Below are positions 1-12,800 of a DNA stretch of 64,000 bases, in pieces. Position 1 is the stretch's first letter; the number at the start of each line of letters is the position of its first letter. A model generated the notes under the pieces. It ran no database searches and was not told the origin of the DNA. It saw only the letters and a program-made list of their open reading frames with translations. Source of the DNA: Saccostrea cucullata (Eukaryota); assembly GCF_032062105.1 (NCBI RefSeq), contig NW_026938421.1, positions 682,001-746,000 on the forward strand. Reading direction: 5' to 3'. A program made the translations under genes and the position numbers.

Positions 1-100
1 TAAAAGTACTTAGTACCACTTTAGTATTTTCAAAGTTATATTTTTAATTAATCCTAAGTGTTGATTCAAACTCTGTTATCTCTACATTGTACTAACATAC

Positions 101-3100
101 CTGCCAGCCAAGTCCACCAGATTGGTGACAGCTGATTTTGTGGTATCCTCTCCGGCAGCATTCTGGAATTTCTGAATAAATGTGATTCCAACAATGGTGT
201 GAGCTCGACTGAAAAATAATAAAAATATATTTATAAATTATAATTACCCATTTGTGATCAATAAAATTATTGATGAAATATATACTTCATTTTATTTAGT
301 TAATATTTTGTCTCTTGTCTAAAACATGTAAACTATATGAACAAAGAAGGCACTGATGTGTCCTTGCAGGACAGATTATCCATTTATAAGTGCACACTGA
401 CAATAAATGGATGAACGAGAAAAACATTTAACTAGCTGAAGTCAATATGGCAGTCAAGGTCAAATAGTAGGTTGCTGGAGTGATTTTGGCATACATAGGA
501 TCCCTGTCAACATTGTGGTATTTTTAGCTGTTACCATAGTTACCTGCTGGTGGCGTTCATGTTTGTAGAAGCAACAGTCCTGTTTTGTGTGCCTTCCTCC
601 ATTCTGGCCTCAATGTCGGTGTAACTCTTTACTGGTACAATTTTCAGACCTTCAGCTGAAATCACAAAAATCTAAATCAAATCATTTGTTGACATTTCAA
701 ATCAAACAATTCTCACATTTAAGATGCTGAGCTCCCTCCCTCCTCTCTCTCCAAAATGAAAACCCATATCGTACCGTAAAATCCCAGTTTTGGGTGCTGT
801 CGGACTCTAAGTCCACCTTTCTTTGTTCGACTGTCAAGGAGGTCACGAACTTGTTCATTGTAAATTTCCAACATGCTAAATGTGATCTGTCAAAATAAAA
901 ATATATTAATTAGAATATATATAGTCTCAACTACTTAAGGTTTGTTGTATGGTGTGAGCTGATATGTAATACTGGGAAATTAATGTAATCATTAGAATAA
1001 TTAATTGAATTGCTGATGAAGATTTCTTACATGTATTTCAGCAAACTGTGTGAGAATAAATTATTCAATTATACTGAGGTATATAGATATCTACATAAAT
1101 CATTGTCTGTACATTGAGAATCTTTTATATTTTTTTAATATTTCTATGTTCATGTTATCCATGAACTCTGTTGACTCGTACCTCAAATTCTGTTTTGTCT
1201 CCCTCGGCCTTCTTTGCTTCCACTTGCTTAAACACGTCGTCACAAAACATAGGTACAATACCTGTGTAGAATAATTCAAAATTGAATCTATGAACTGTAC
1301 GTAAGATTGTTTATAACTTTCAAGGAAGTCAAAGCTGCTTTTTCTTTAAAATTAAGATCTGTTCAGGATATTTTCTTCTCTGAATTAATTTTTTTTATAT
1401 ATACATACTGTAAAACGAGAATATTTGGCGCACTACTTATTTTAGCGCCTTTGGCGCAAGAGCCCCTGAGCGCTAAAATTAATTGTGCGCTAAAGGATTT
1501 CTAAATATCATTTTTTTGCATGTTTAAAGCTTTTACATAAGTACATGTAAACCGGAACGCGCGATTACGTAATGTCGAAGGGTCATTGGATTTTATTTAC
1601 ACACTAGTCCTTCACATGTTTGGAAGACAGAAAGTTTTGCCAAATTGTAATTTGATTAAATATTGTTACCCCAGTAGTTGTTACACAATTATTATCATTA
1701 GCCCCTTCAAAGTTTGGCTTCTCGGCGTGTCAATCATCTATCGCCTCGAGGTAAACAATGCAATCAAGCATGGCGATTGAGCTTGCACAATACCTGATTA
1801 GGATAACCGTTTTATCGAAGTAATTTTCTGTCGATGCATGCATTGTTTTAATATGATTTTAAATGAGTATATTCTCCATTTCTTTTAATATAAAAATATT
1901 TAACATTGTGTCACGTTCATGTATCAGGAACGCGTACCGCGGTAAAGTTAACGAATGTTTTCTGATATACTGGAGTACTTATGTGTTTCCGTGCTCGACT
2001 TACCATAAAATCAAATACGGGTGTGGATTAAAAAAAAACAAAATATAAAATATAAATATTTTACTGACATGTGCAAGCGCTAAAAATTATTTGCGCTAAT
2101 GCATTCCCACTTGCGTTTGCGCTAAAATATGTATGCGCCAAATTTTCTCGTTTTACAGTATACAGTAAATGTGGAATCATTTTAATTCATGGGGGTCAAT
2201 GTTCTTTGGTAAGCAAAATTTGACCTGTTCGTGGGGACGTAATTTTGAGGGTTAATCATAAATCTGATGGTTCACTTATGCATCAATATGTTGACAAAAT
2301 GAACGTTTGGGGGGATGTTAATTCATGGATACGGGTGACCCATAAAATCCACGAACATAGGTCCCCCACGAACAATGATGATTCCACAGTAAACAGGAAA
2401 TTAAGGAGGATGTTGCTCCACATTTTCTATGACAATTTTTTATCCATACACAAACCTTTGTTAATCCCATAACCAACGACGGACCAACTTTTTCCAGAGC
2501 CAGTCTGACCATAGGCAAACAATGTGCTGTTATAGCCCTCCCAGGCATTCTGAAGAACCGCAACTCCCAGCGAATCATAAACTTTTTTCTAAATATAACT
2601 ACAGTGATTAATTTCTCATCCTTTTCAATTACAAGTAAAGATTGAAGATCAAAGATAAAAAGTTTTAGTATGATCACATTATTTAATGCGAAAAACTGAT
2701 ACCTGATCAGCAAATTTCTTTCCATTTGGGTGTGAAGTGTCAGGGCCATAGTACCCATTGGATTCCTCTTTGCTTCCATCGTGTGACCAGAAACTGTAGT
2801 CAAATGTAAATTTCCTTGGTTCGTCACCTCCTTCTGGGTCTGTAATCTCTGTTGTGGCACCATTCATGTCAATAATAAGGGTAGCATTTCGCTCCCTTTC
2901 TCTGCGATTGTAAACAATGTTAAGGAACAACACATAATTCAGCTTTCATACACATGGTACATGAACAACTTATTATTATCATAATTTACCGAACTTTTCA
3001 ACCTTACACTATATAAGGTAAATCTATAGTGAGTATGTAGTTTTATGTGTCTGTCACTGGGCAAAAGCTGTGCAGACAAACAAGGAGCATCCCGTATAAA

Positions 3101-3466
3101 CTGGCAATTAACAAAAATACCTATACCTACAATACATACACTACTGTGACTACAGAATAAGCAGGATTTCTTTGCTATTGGTCTGTGACAATGCAGAGTT
3201 GTGCCCCCTTTATCACAGCCTTTAGAAAATCTTCATAAACCCAAAGCAAAATCTTCTGCGATAAAGAACTTCCGTCAATTACGTGTAAATACACAGCTTA
3301 AGCTAACATAAATTTCGTAAGATGCTGCTGATAGGATTTAATGACTTCAACCGGTACACTGTATGCCATGCAAGATCCACGCGGTAAATCTCCCCAAGGA
3401 AAAAAAATCAAAAAAGGATATGAAAGGTCGCACTCTCACAGCAACTCTAACGTTTTCCTCCGGCAT
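101..3466 (-). CDS. KIF28: Kinesin-3 family motor, KIF28-like (5' part; gene continues beyond the left window edge)
   Basis: Exons (-): 3466-3422 MPEENVRVAVRVRPF; 2909-2703 NRRERERN...FTFDYSFWSHDG...FADQ; 2588-2456 ...NAWEGYNSTLFAYGQTGSGKSWS (P-loop); 1261-1182 GIVPMFC; 886-775 FSMLEIYNEQVRDLL...HPKLGFY; 655-544 ...NRTVASTNMNATSS (switch I); 208-101 RAHTIV...NLVDLAG (switch II). Phases join consistently. The KIF28 assignment within kinesin-3 comes from recalled similarity. Confidence 0.85.
1408..2158. mobile_element. Non-autonomous TIR element (MITE) with TA target duplication
   Basis: TA|CTGTAAAACGAGAATATTTGGCGCA ... TGCGCCAAATTTTCTCGTTTTACAG|TA, plus subterminal GCGCTAA motifs. Confidence 0.75.
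2170..2391. mobile_element. Small MITE adjacent to the previous one
   Basis: TGTGGAATCATT...CATGGGGG versus CCCCCACGAACAATGATGATTCCACAGTA inverted ends. Confidence 0.55.
2910..3421 (-). other. U12-type (minor spliceosome) AT-AC intron, intron 1 of the kinesin gene
   Basis: On the - strand: donor ATATCCTTTT at 3421, branch site TTCCTTAAC (2927-2919) and acceptor TTTAC| ending at 2910. Removal joins RVRPF to NRRE in phase 0. Confidence 0.92.
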
Positions 3467-6238
3467 GATGAAAAGATTTTCAGTAATGCACCAAAATTTT
3501 TAAGTTCAGCTATTAAAATTTAGCTGGTGAACAATTTTGATCTCACAACTCAGCCATTCTTACTCAACAGCTGTTTGTAAACGTTGATTGGTTGCTATAG
3601 CACGCGTCATTCATTGTGGGGCCACCTGAGGGGGCACCTGTTACACTTCACAAGAACCCTACAGAAAAGAGCACCATGACGTATCTCTCAACTTAGCCTT
3701 CTTGTACGTCACCATGACAGGTTGAAAATTAGAACGGTTGACTGATTATTTTAATATTCCTATTTTATGTTTTTATTCATTCTTTTAATTTGTCGACTTT
3801 GCATTTATTTATAAGGAAATGAACATATATTGTACATTAATCATTAAAAGGGGGGGGGGGGGGTCTGTGACGATGTTTGTCAATCACTTAACTGTAACAT
3901 TCCTCTTTTAATTGATTTTTAGAAATCTCTTTGCTAGGAAATATCACACGTTGTTTTTAAATACATGTATTTTAAAATCACACTGTGTAATTTATTAATT
4001 AAATGATATTAATTAATAGACTTTATATAATATAAATTATGATTATCAGTGTCACTCAGTATAGATACTTGCCCCCAAACCATTATTTTCTTTCACTTTT
4101 TAAATTTGAAATCGATACCACTTCTTTCCTCAAGTCAAGTCAAGTCAAGTAATTTTTATTTATAGTCGGCATATATATACAATTCAACAGAAATAACATG
4201 AGCTGTGGTAAGCTCTTTAACCGACTTTTTCCTATAAATTCATATTTTTCCAATAAACTGATAAACACGCTAAATATGAAAAACATTATCTCTCGTCTCT
4301 TTAACATGTTTTAACTATTTCTGTGTAAAATATTTTACATTTTAGAAAATAAAAATACATGTAGAAGAATGTGACGATTCGACCCAGGATAAAAGTACAA
4401 GTGTTAGGCCTAAAGTTTCGTGCATGTGTCCCATTTTTAAGCACGTAAATTATCTCTCTTTTCCAAACAGAACTTTACTTTCATGATGCGTGCATTACCG
4501 AAGAACTCAATGACAATGAATGTTTTTTTTTTTGTTTTTTTTTTTTTTTTTAAAAAACACATAATGAAGTTGATTTTAAAAAATCCCTTATTTTACCTCT
4601 TGGTAGATATAGATTACTTATGACGACAAAATTTACAGGTATTTCAAAATGTGTATTAGACCTAGGCTAATTGTAATAATTGCTAAATGCAGAGCTCAAT
4701 AACCCACTTTTAAATATCCATATGTCACGATTAAATTCATGCACCCTCGACAATTGTATTTGTTCTATCATACCCAATCAAATATGGTCAGGTGCCAGTT
4801 ATAATAAATCTTTATATTATACTCTTGTGAAATAAACTTACGTAATATTGAGGAATTTAAATGGCAGGTAATGCTTTTAAACATTGGTTAGTGTGAATGA
4901 AAGGACCATATATGTGTGTATTCAGATTCATGATAAAGAAGGGAGGTGCAATTCCGTTTTTGGTTTGATGGCTGACAAAATTTAAACCACCCGGGTCAAA
5001 ATTGGAAAAGGAATCAGTGAAATGAATGACATTGATTTTCATATCAAAAGACCCCGTGAAAGAGTTAAAAGTTTAAACTTATATGAGACTTAGAGATCAA
5101 TGGAATTTAACACTATATGAATAACATCCCCCTTAATTTTCCCCCACCTGGATTGGGATTTTTTTTTTAACGGTTGTCCATCTGTCTTCAATTTTCCGTC
5201 GTCTACCGCCGTTGTCGGAAACTTTTTCACAATTTCATCCATTTTTTGCAAAACTACTAGACCATTTCAACAAGAGACATAAATATTTAGATATATATCT
5301 TCTTCAACTAAATCTGGCACTGAGTATTCTTATAGGTAAAGGGCCTGGGGATTCAAGATTGTCCAAATAAAGGTCCACATCCTCATCCAAGGGGAGATTA
5401 TAAAAAAAAAAGTAAAAATTGGATGGGGTCATTTAAAATTCTTTTTCTCAATTACAAAAAACCCACAGGGCCAGAAAATAATAAAATTAAAGCCTCCTGA
5501 CATAATACAGACCCAAATTTCTTTAAATCTTGACCCCAGAGTTACGATAGGGCGCCACAATGGGCGAGAAAGGTGTTTAAAAAAGGAAATCCAGAGGAAA
5601 GTCCTTAAAAATATACTTTTAAACTAACAACAAAGTCATGATGCGATTGGTCAGTATTAGTTAGATTCAAGTTCGTTCAAACCGTGTGAATAAAACAATT
5701 TTAAAAAACATTTTCGAAAAATGTATTTGAAACATTTTAAGAAAATGTTCTGATAACATTAGCTGAAACATTTTGCTAAAACATTACAAAAATGTTTTTT
5801 AAAAACATACAAAATCACGTGATTAAAACATTTTTAAAAATGTTTTCGTAACATTACAGTAAGAAATCAAAATGCAAATAAACTTACATGTCTACTTTCG
5901 TAAAGTGATTTTCACTTAAATAAATTAAAATGAAATTAAATAACTAAATAAATTAAAATAAGCTTAAATCTATATACGATTTTTGTTATCTTTTCGTGCA
6001 TTATGTGAATCCCAATAACTACTGACTTTATTTTAATTTAATTTACCATCCTTACTTGCAAAATCTTTTTATTGACATTCCAAACTGGACAACACTTGGC
6101 ATTAGATGATATTTTATGGGTTTGTACCTTAAAATCCCTATGAATAAAATTATAAAGCAAATCCGCTATCTTGCGGTAATTAGTCGCTTCCTCTGAAACT
6201 CTCTGAAGGGAAGTAACTGGACCTATTTCCTGTAGAAG

Positions 6239-6821
6239 TAGTCTCGTTCAACCAGACGCTCGGCTGTAAACTCCGACAAGCAGAGAGTCTGGTAAAGAAT
6301 CACGTAAGCGTTTGTAACCGTCAGAGGGCGCTATCTTGTTTTCATTTTGAAGATCCTTTTTGAAAACAAATGTTAAGTGTGTTTTTTCTTCTGGATTGTG
6401 ACTTTATATTAATAAACTAATCTTTAATTTGTGACTCCAAACGGAATTACAATATCAATCGAAGGAATGTGTATTACGCAGGTAGGGTTACCCTACTTTC
6501 ACTTTTGTTTTCGTACAGAATATTTGCAAGAAATAATAAGACACACTTACCTATAACTGGTGGGCATTACCGTAAATAATTCCTATCTAACATCTTTAAG
6601 TTTTAGACACAAGATTTTGACATCTTTAAGTTATTTTTCTGCTGATTTATCAAGTATTTATTTAAATCGTGTAGGTGTGTTCTTTTCAGCCAATCAAAAA
6701 CTTTACCAGAATTTCGGTAAGCCTCGTTTTGGCGTTACAAACGATAATACGTATCTTTACCAGACCCTCTGGCTGGTCGGAGACTTACGGAGACAGCCGA
6801 GGGTCTGGTTGAACGAGACTA
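6239..6821. mobile_element. Non-autonomous TIR element, TAG...CTA termini, 9-bp TSD (AcademH-like by termini and TSD)
   Basis: TIRs TAGTCTCGTTCAACCAGAC / GTCTGGTTGAACGAGACTA. CTGTAGAAG is duplicated at 6230-6238 and 6822-6830. The superfamily call is inference. Confidence 0.8.
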
Positions 6822-6839
6822 CTGTAGAAGTAGAAAAAT

Positions 6840-9800
6840 ATGGTTGCGACAGATCAGAAAGCAAGTCCAGCCGATGTTGTTCTAGTGGTGGAAGCCACAG
6901 CGAACCTCAGTGCATACATTGATGTACTGAAGAAGCAATATATTGTTCCAGCTCTTGAGTAAGATGTTTGAAATTGGATAGATTTAGTGACAGTAACCCA
7001 GAGACAAAACAAAAATGTTATTTATAGTCATTCTTTTTCTTTATTGAGTTTCTGGTTGAGTAGATCAAAAATTTTAACTATATGTAAAATCAACTCTTTT
7101 TCAGAGTGTTTAATGGTGGACCTCCTGATCCAACAGACATTGGACATGATGTAAGTAAATAAAATGTAACATGACGTACATTACTAAGATGACAAACAAG
7201 CCATCAGTCCTGATATGATCTTAATAAATCCTGTTTTAAGGGTATTCCCTTTTTCTCTAATGAAGACAGTTATAAACATAAAACACATTGTAAAATTGGA
7301 TTAGATATGCCATAATATGGACTGAATATTGTCTAGTGGTTTGAAATGTGTGATTAATATTCTGATGAATTTTAGAAAGTGAAAGTACATTCATTTTGTT
7401 TTCTTTGCAGTATAGCTGTTCCTTGTACAACCTAGTGACCTTCTACTCGGCTGATGTCATCCCAGACACAACATCACGATGTTCCAGTGTCACTACAAAT
7501 ATCCACGAGTTCATTACATGGCTGGATGATCTACCGTAAGATATAGAGGCTACTTTTATATGATGCCTGCCTTATTAAGTCCACTGTAAACGTCAAATGC
7601 TGCCTTCTCTTCTGTGTTCTTCATAAACATTATATACAACAGATTGTATTTTTATGAGCAAACTGCGATATTTAAAAATGCTATTTTCCCATTAATTCTG
7701 TTATCAAAAAAATGTGGGTTTAACTACAAATCAAATTCAGAACAGGTTGGCTTTGATGCTTTAACCTATACTGATTTTAATGCTTATATTAAAAGTACCT
7801 GGTACTCACATTGTTACTTTTGGGTTGCCTCTTTTTCTACACATTTTCATCTATCTTTTGAAATATCAGGTTTATTGGTGGTGGAGGGGAGTCATGTAGC
7901 CACATCACTGAAGGTTTGAGTACAGCTCTCCATGTCTTCGATGATCTCCAGAAAGTTCGCATTGATATTGGGTAGGTTCCTGTTCACTGAAAGTCTTTCA
8001 GAGCAAAGAAATCCATATTATCCGTATTTTATGAGCTCAGAATTTCATAGTGTTTGTAAGATGTACAATCTTTTATGCCCCAGGATCGAAAGATATGGGG
8101 GTTGGGGGTTTGGGGGTTGTCCTGTTTGTCTTTTGTCATCTAATACTACTACGCTGTCAAGGGTAAGTGTATACCACTTCAGTCTACGTCCCACTCCAGA
8201 ATTGTGTTACCATCGGGGGCATAGTGTTTCACAAACACATCTTGTTAAATCTAAAATGCAGAATTGCAATGGTAAGCCAGTTACAAATTATTCACAGAAA
8301 TAATTTAGGAATCTACTCACCAAAAATAACTAAAGACTTGAGAAGAAGTAAATGATGATGTTATTCTTTAGTTTTTATAACCATTGGTTAACATTTTAGG
8401 TTACCTGTGCAGCGACACTGTATCCTTGTCTGTAATTCCCCACCCTATAATCTACCCAGTCAAGAAGGGGTCCGTTATGTAGGTTATATGGCAGATCAGT
8501 TAGCCAGCATGATGGCCAAGGTTTGACTTTTTATCTATATGGTTTAATAAATGTTTCAACATAAAATGATTGAAAAAATGTGAATTTCAATTGATGCCTT
8601 AACCTATTATAATATAAAACAAGAAAATGTTTTTCTGTATCTGAGATTTGCAGAATTGCAGTTAAATTATAGTTGTCTAGTATTTTGGTTGTATGTTAGT
8701 TATATTTGACTTGTATTTTGACAGAGAGGCATCCATCTGTCCATTATATCCCCAAGAAAGATCCCTGCTCTTCAGAAACTGTATGAGGAGGTAATATATA
8801 CATCTCATTTTATCTAATTGCTGACATTTATAAATGCTTTCAATGGGCAAAGTTTTCAAGTGTTTTAATAAAGCTTTAAGTTTTAAGGTACAATTTCTTA
8901 GTTGATTAAAAAAATGTTTAACTTAGTGCTGACAGTTATTGGATTACCAATAGTAAATGTCTTTCAATCAGATTTAATGGAATTGTGTACATATATATTC
9001 CTGTTCATAGTCTAGTTCCCCTGCTGATATGTCAGCTCCAGTGAAAGACTTTACCACAGATCCACGGCATCATGTTTTACTCCACGGATTCCAGCTAGAA
9101 GGTTATTTTCCGACTACTTATACAGCCACATTTTGGGTGTAAAATTACCTGATTTGTTTCATTCTATATATACATCTATTAAATTTTATTGATGATTTTA
9201 CAGAACGAGCACACAGTCCAGCAGGAGACCATGCAGCGGTCATAGACAAACCTGTAGACAGTAAGTGTAGACATGTATATATCTGTAGACAAACCTGTAG
9301 ACAGTAAGTGTAGACATGTATATAGCTGTAGACAAAGCTGTGGACAGTAAGTGTAGACATGTTTATAGCTGTAGGCAAAGCTGTAGACAGTAAGTGTAGA
9401 CATGTATATAGCTGTAGACAAACCTGTAGATAGTAAGTGTAGACATGTATATATCTTTAGACAAACCTGTAGACAGTGAGTGTAGACATGTATATAGCTG
9501 TAGACAAAGCTGTGGACAGTAAGTGTAGACATGTTTATAGCTGTAGGCAAAGCTGTGGAAAGTAAGTGTAGACATGTATATAGCTGTAGACAAAGCTGTA
9601 GATAGTAAGTGTAGACATGTATATAGCTGTAGACAAAGCTGTGGACAGTAATTGTAGACATGTTTATAGCTGTAGACAAGGCTGTAGACAGTAAGTACAG
9701 ACATGGATGTATGTAGACAAACCTGTAGACAGTAAGTGTAGACATGTATATATCTGTAGACAAACCTGTAGACAGTGAGTGTAGACATGTATATAACTGT

Positions 9801-12800
9801 AGACAAAGCTGTAGATAGTAAGTGTAGACATGTATATAGCTGTAGACAAAGCTGTAGACAGTAAGTGTAGACATGTATATATCTTTAGACAAACCTGTAG
9901 ACAGTGAGTGTAGACATGTATATAGCTGTAGACAAACCTGTAGACAGTGAGTGTAGGCATGTATATAGCTGTAGACAGTAAGTGTAGACATGTATATATC
10001 TTTAGACAAACCTGTAGACAGTGAGTGTAGACATGTATATAGCTGTAGACAAAGCTGTGGACAGTAAGTGTAGACATGTTTATAGCTGTAGGCAAAGCTG
10101 TGGAAAGTAAGTGTAGACATGTATATAGCTGTAGACAAAGCTGTAGATAGTAAGTGTAGACATGTATATAGCTGTAGACAAAGCTGTGGACAGTAATTGT
10201 AGACATGTTTATAGCTGTAGACAAGCCTGTAGACAGTAAGTGTAGACATGTATATATATGTAAACAAACCTGTAGACAGTAAGTGTAGACATGTATATAG
10301 CTGTAGACAAACCTGTAGACAGTGAGTGTAGACATGTATATAGCTGTAGACAAACCTGTAGACAGTAAGTGTAGACATGTATATAGCTGTAGACAAAGCT
10401 GTAGATAGTAAGTGTAGATATTATATAGCTGTAGACAGTAAGTATAGACATGTATATATCTGTAGACAAACCTGTAGACAGTGAGTGTAGACATGTATAT
10501 AGCTGTAGACAAAGCTGTAGATAGTAAGTGTAGACATGTATATAGCTGTAGACAAAGCTGTAGACAGTAAGTGTAGACATGTTTATAGCTGTAGACAAAT
10601 CTGTAGACAGTAAGTGTAGACATGTATATAGCTGTAGACAGTAGTTGTAGACATGTATATAGCTGTAGACAAACCTGTTGACAGTTGGTGTAGACATGTA
10701 TATAGCTGTAGACAAACCTGTAGATGGTAAGTGTAGACATGTATATAGCTGTAGACAAAGCTGTAGACAGTAAGTGTAGACATGTTTATAGCTGTAGACA
10801 AATCTGTAGATAGTGTAGACATGTATATAGCTGTAGACAGTAGGTGTAGACATGTATATAGCTGTAGACAAAGCTGTTGACAGTAGGTGTAGACATGTAT
10901 ATAGCTGTAGACAAAGCTGTAGACGCTAAGTGTAGACATGTATATAGCTGTAGACAAAGCTGTAGACGCTAAGTGTAGACATGGTATATAGCTGTAGACA
11001 AATCTATAGACAGTAAGTTTAGAAAGCTGTACACAGGTACATGTACATCAAATTAAGATAAACCTACACTGAGTACAGACATTTATAAGGGTCACACTAG
11101 ACTATTTTAGCACAGACATGAGTAAAGACATTTATAGTTGTACACATACAGTATGTATAACTCAATGAAATAGATCTACAGACAGTCGGTGTAGAGGGTG
11201 TACTCAAACATATAACTTGGTACATGGTACAGTAGAAATTCTACGAACAGTGAGTATAGAGGTTTATATAGGTGAATACACACATGTATAACTATACAAT
11301 AAAAAGATCTATAGAGGTTTATAGGAGTATTCATAATTTTGTCTCAGAAGCAAAGATAAATGTACAGACCCTGACTAGAGAGGCTTATACACATATACGA
11401 GGGCTGTTCAATAAATAATGTCCTGAACTATTTTCCATAAAGAATAAGGGTCAGATTATTATAAAATTTGTTTTAACGCATGAATGGATCTTTAATCAAC
11501 TGACAACCGCTTATGTGATCACGTTTTATCGTGTAGTTTTATTTTGAGGACCTCTAAAACAAAGGCTTTTCGAGACACTGCGCGTAAAATGCCTAGTAAA
11601 GAATTGTTGAAGAAGACGGAAGTAAGAAGCTTCATAAAAGCTGCTGTTTTACTTGGTAAGCATCCCACAGAAATATTTACTGAAATGCGTGATGTGTATG
11701 GAAATCAATGTTTGTCATATAGACAAATGAACAGATGGATATTAAAATTCAAAAATGGTAAATTTGAGGTCAAAGATGAGTCCCGTCCTGGTCGACCAAG
11801 AACAAGAACATCTGATGCAATGATAGCTAAAATTCGAAAACTTGTTACTGATGATGGGAGATTGACTGTAAGACAATTAGCTAAGTTAGTGGGCATATCA
11901 TCGGGGGCAGTTTACACAGTTTTGAAGAAACATTTGGCCCTGAAAAAGATTAGCGCGCATTGGATACCGCACGTTTTGACAAATGAACAAAAAGAACATC
12001 GTGTAAGAATATCCAAACAATTATTGAAAAAATACAAAAACTGCAATGATCGACGTTTGTCAGAACTTCTAACGGGTGATGAAACCTGGATTCATTACTT
12101 TGAACCCCAAAGAAAAATTAATAACAAAATGTGGTTATCGAAAAGAGCAAAGCGCCCAGGGATAGCCAAAAGATGCCAAAGCACTAAGAAAGTGTTATAT
12201 GCTATTTTCTTCAATAGCAAAGGTCCTGTGGCTCAGATTCCTATTAGGAAAGGTCGTTCGATAACTGGACAAGTATATAAAGAAAAAGTGTTACAAAAGG
12301 TTAAACGAGTGTATGAGAGGAAGAGACCAAAGTCTGGTATCCGTCACATCAATCTCCTCCATGACAACGCTCCAGCACACACGTCACGTATAGTAAAAGA
12401 GTTTTTAGAGAAGGAAAAGGTTAATGTTTTACCACACCCACCTTATTCACCTGACCTGTCTCCCTGTGACTTTTTTCTATTTCCAAAGTTAAAAAAACAC
12501 CTCTCAGGAAAAAAGTACAACTCAAGGAACGCCATTGGATCTGCTATATTTCAGTATATGAAGGGCATACCCCAAATTGTGTATAAAAAGGCATTTAGGA
12601 ACTGGATAAAAAGGTTGCAAAAATGTGTTTCTGTTAAAGGAGAGTATTTTGAAGGAAATCATTAAAATAAAAACATTGACAATTGTTTTTTGTTTCTTTT
12701 TTAACACCGAGGACATTATTTATTGAACAGCCCTCGTACAGTCTTCATGTCAGATCTAGAATAAAGCTCACTGTATTTACATGTTCAGTCAAACCTTATT

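Noticed and set aside
9145-10957. Long overlapping - strand ORFs (up to 405 aa; [12 protein letters not shown]...)
   Set aside because: They are translations of the 43-bp minisatellite in all three frames, antisense to a MED25 intron.
9243-11030. CRISPR-like array
   Set aside because: No unique spacers and no cas genes; the context is eukaryotic and intronic.
11544-11588. N-terminal 15 aa of the 373-aa transposase ORF in the track
   Set aside because: It starts at TTG; the first ATG is at 11589.
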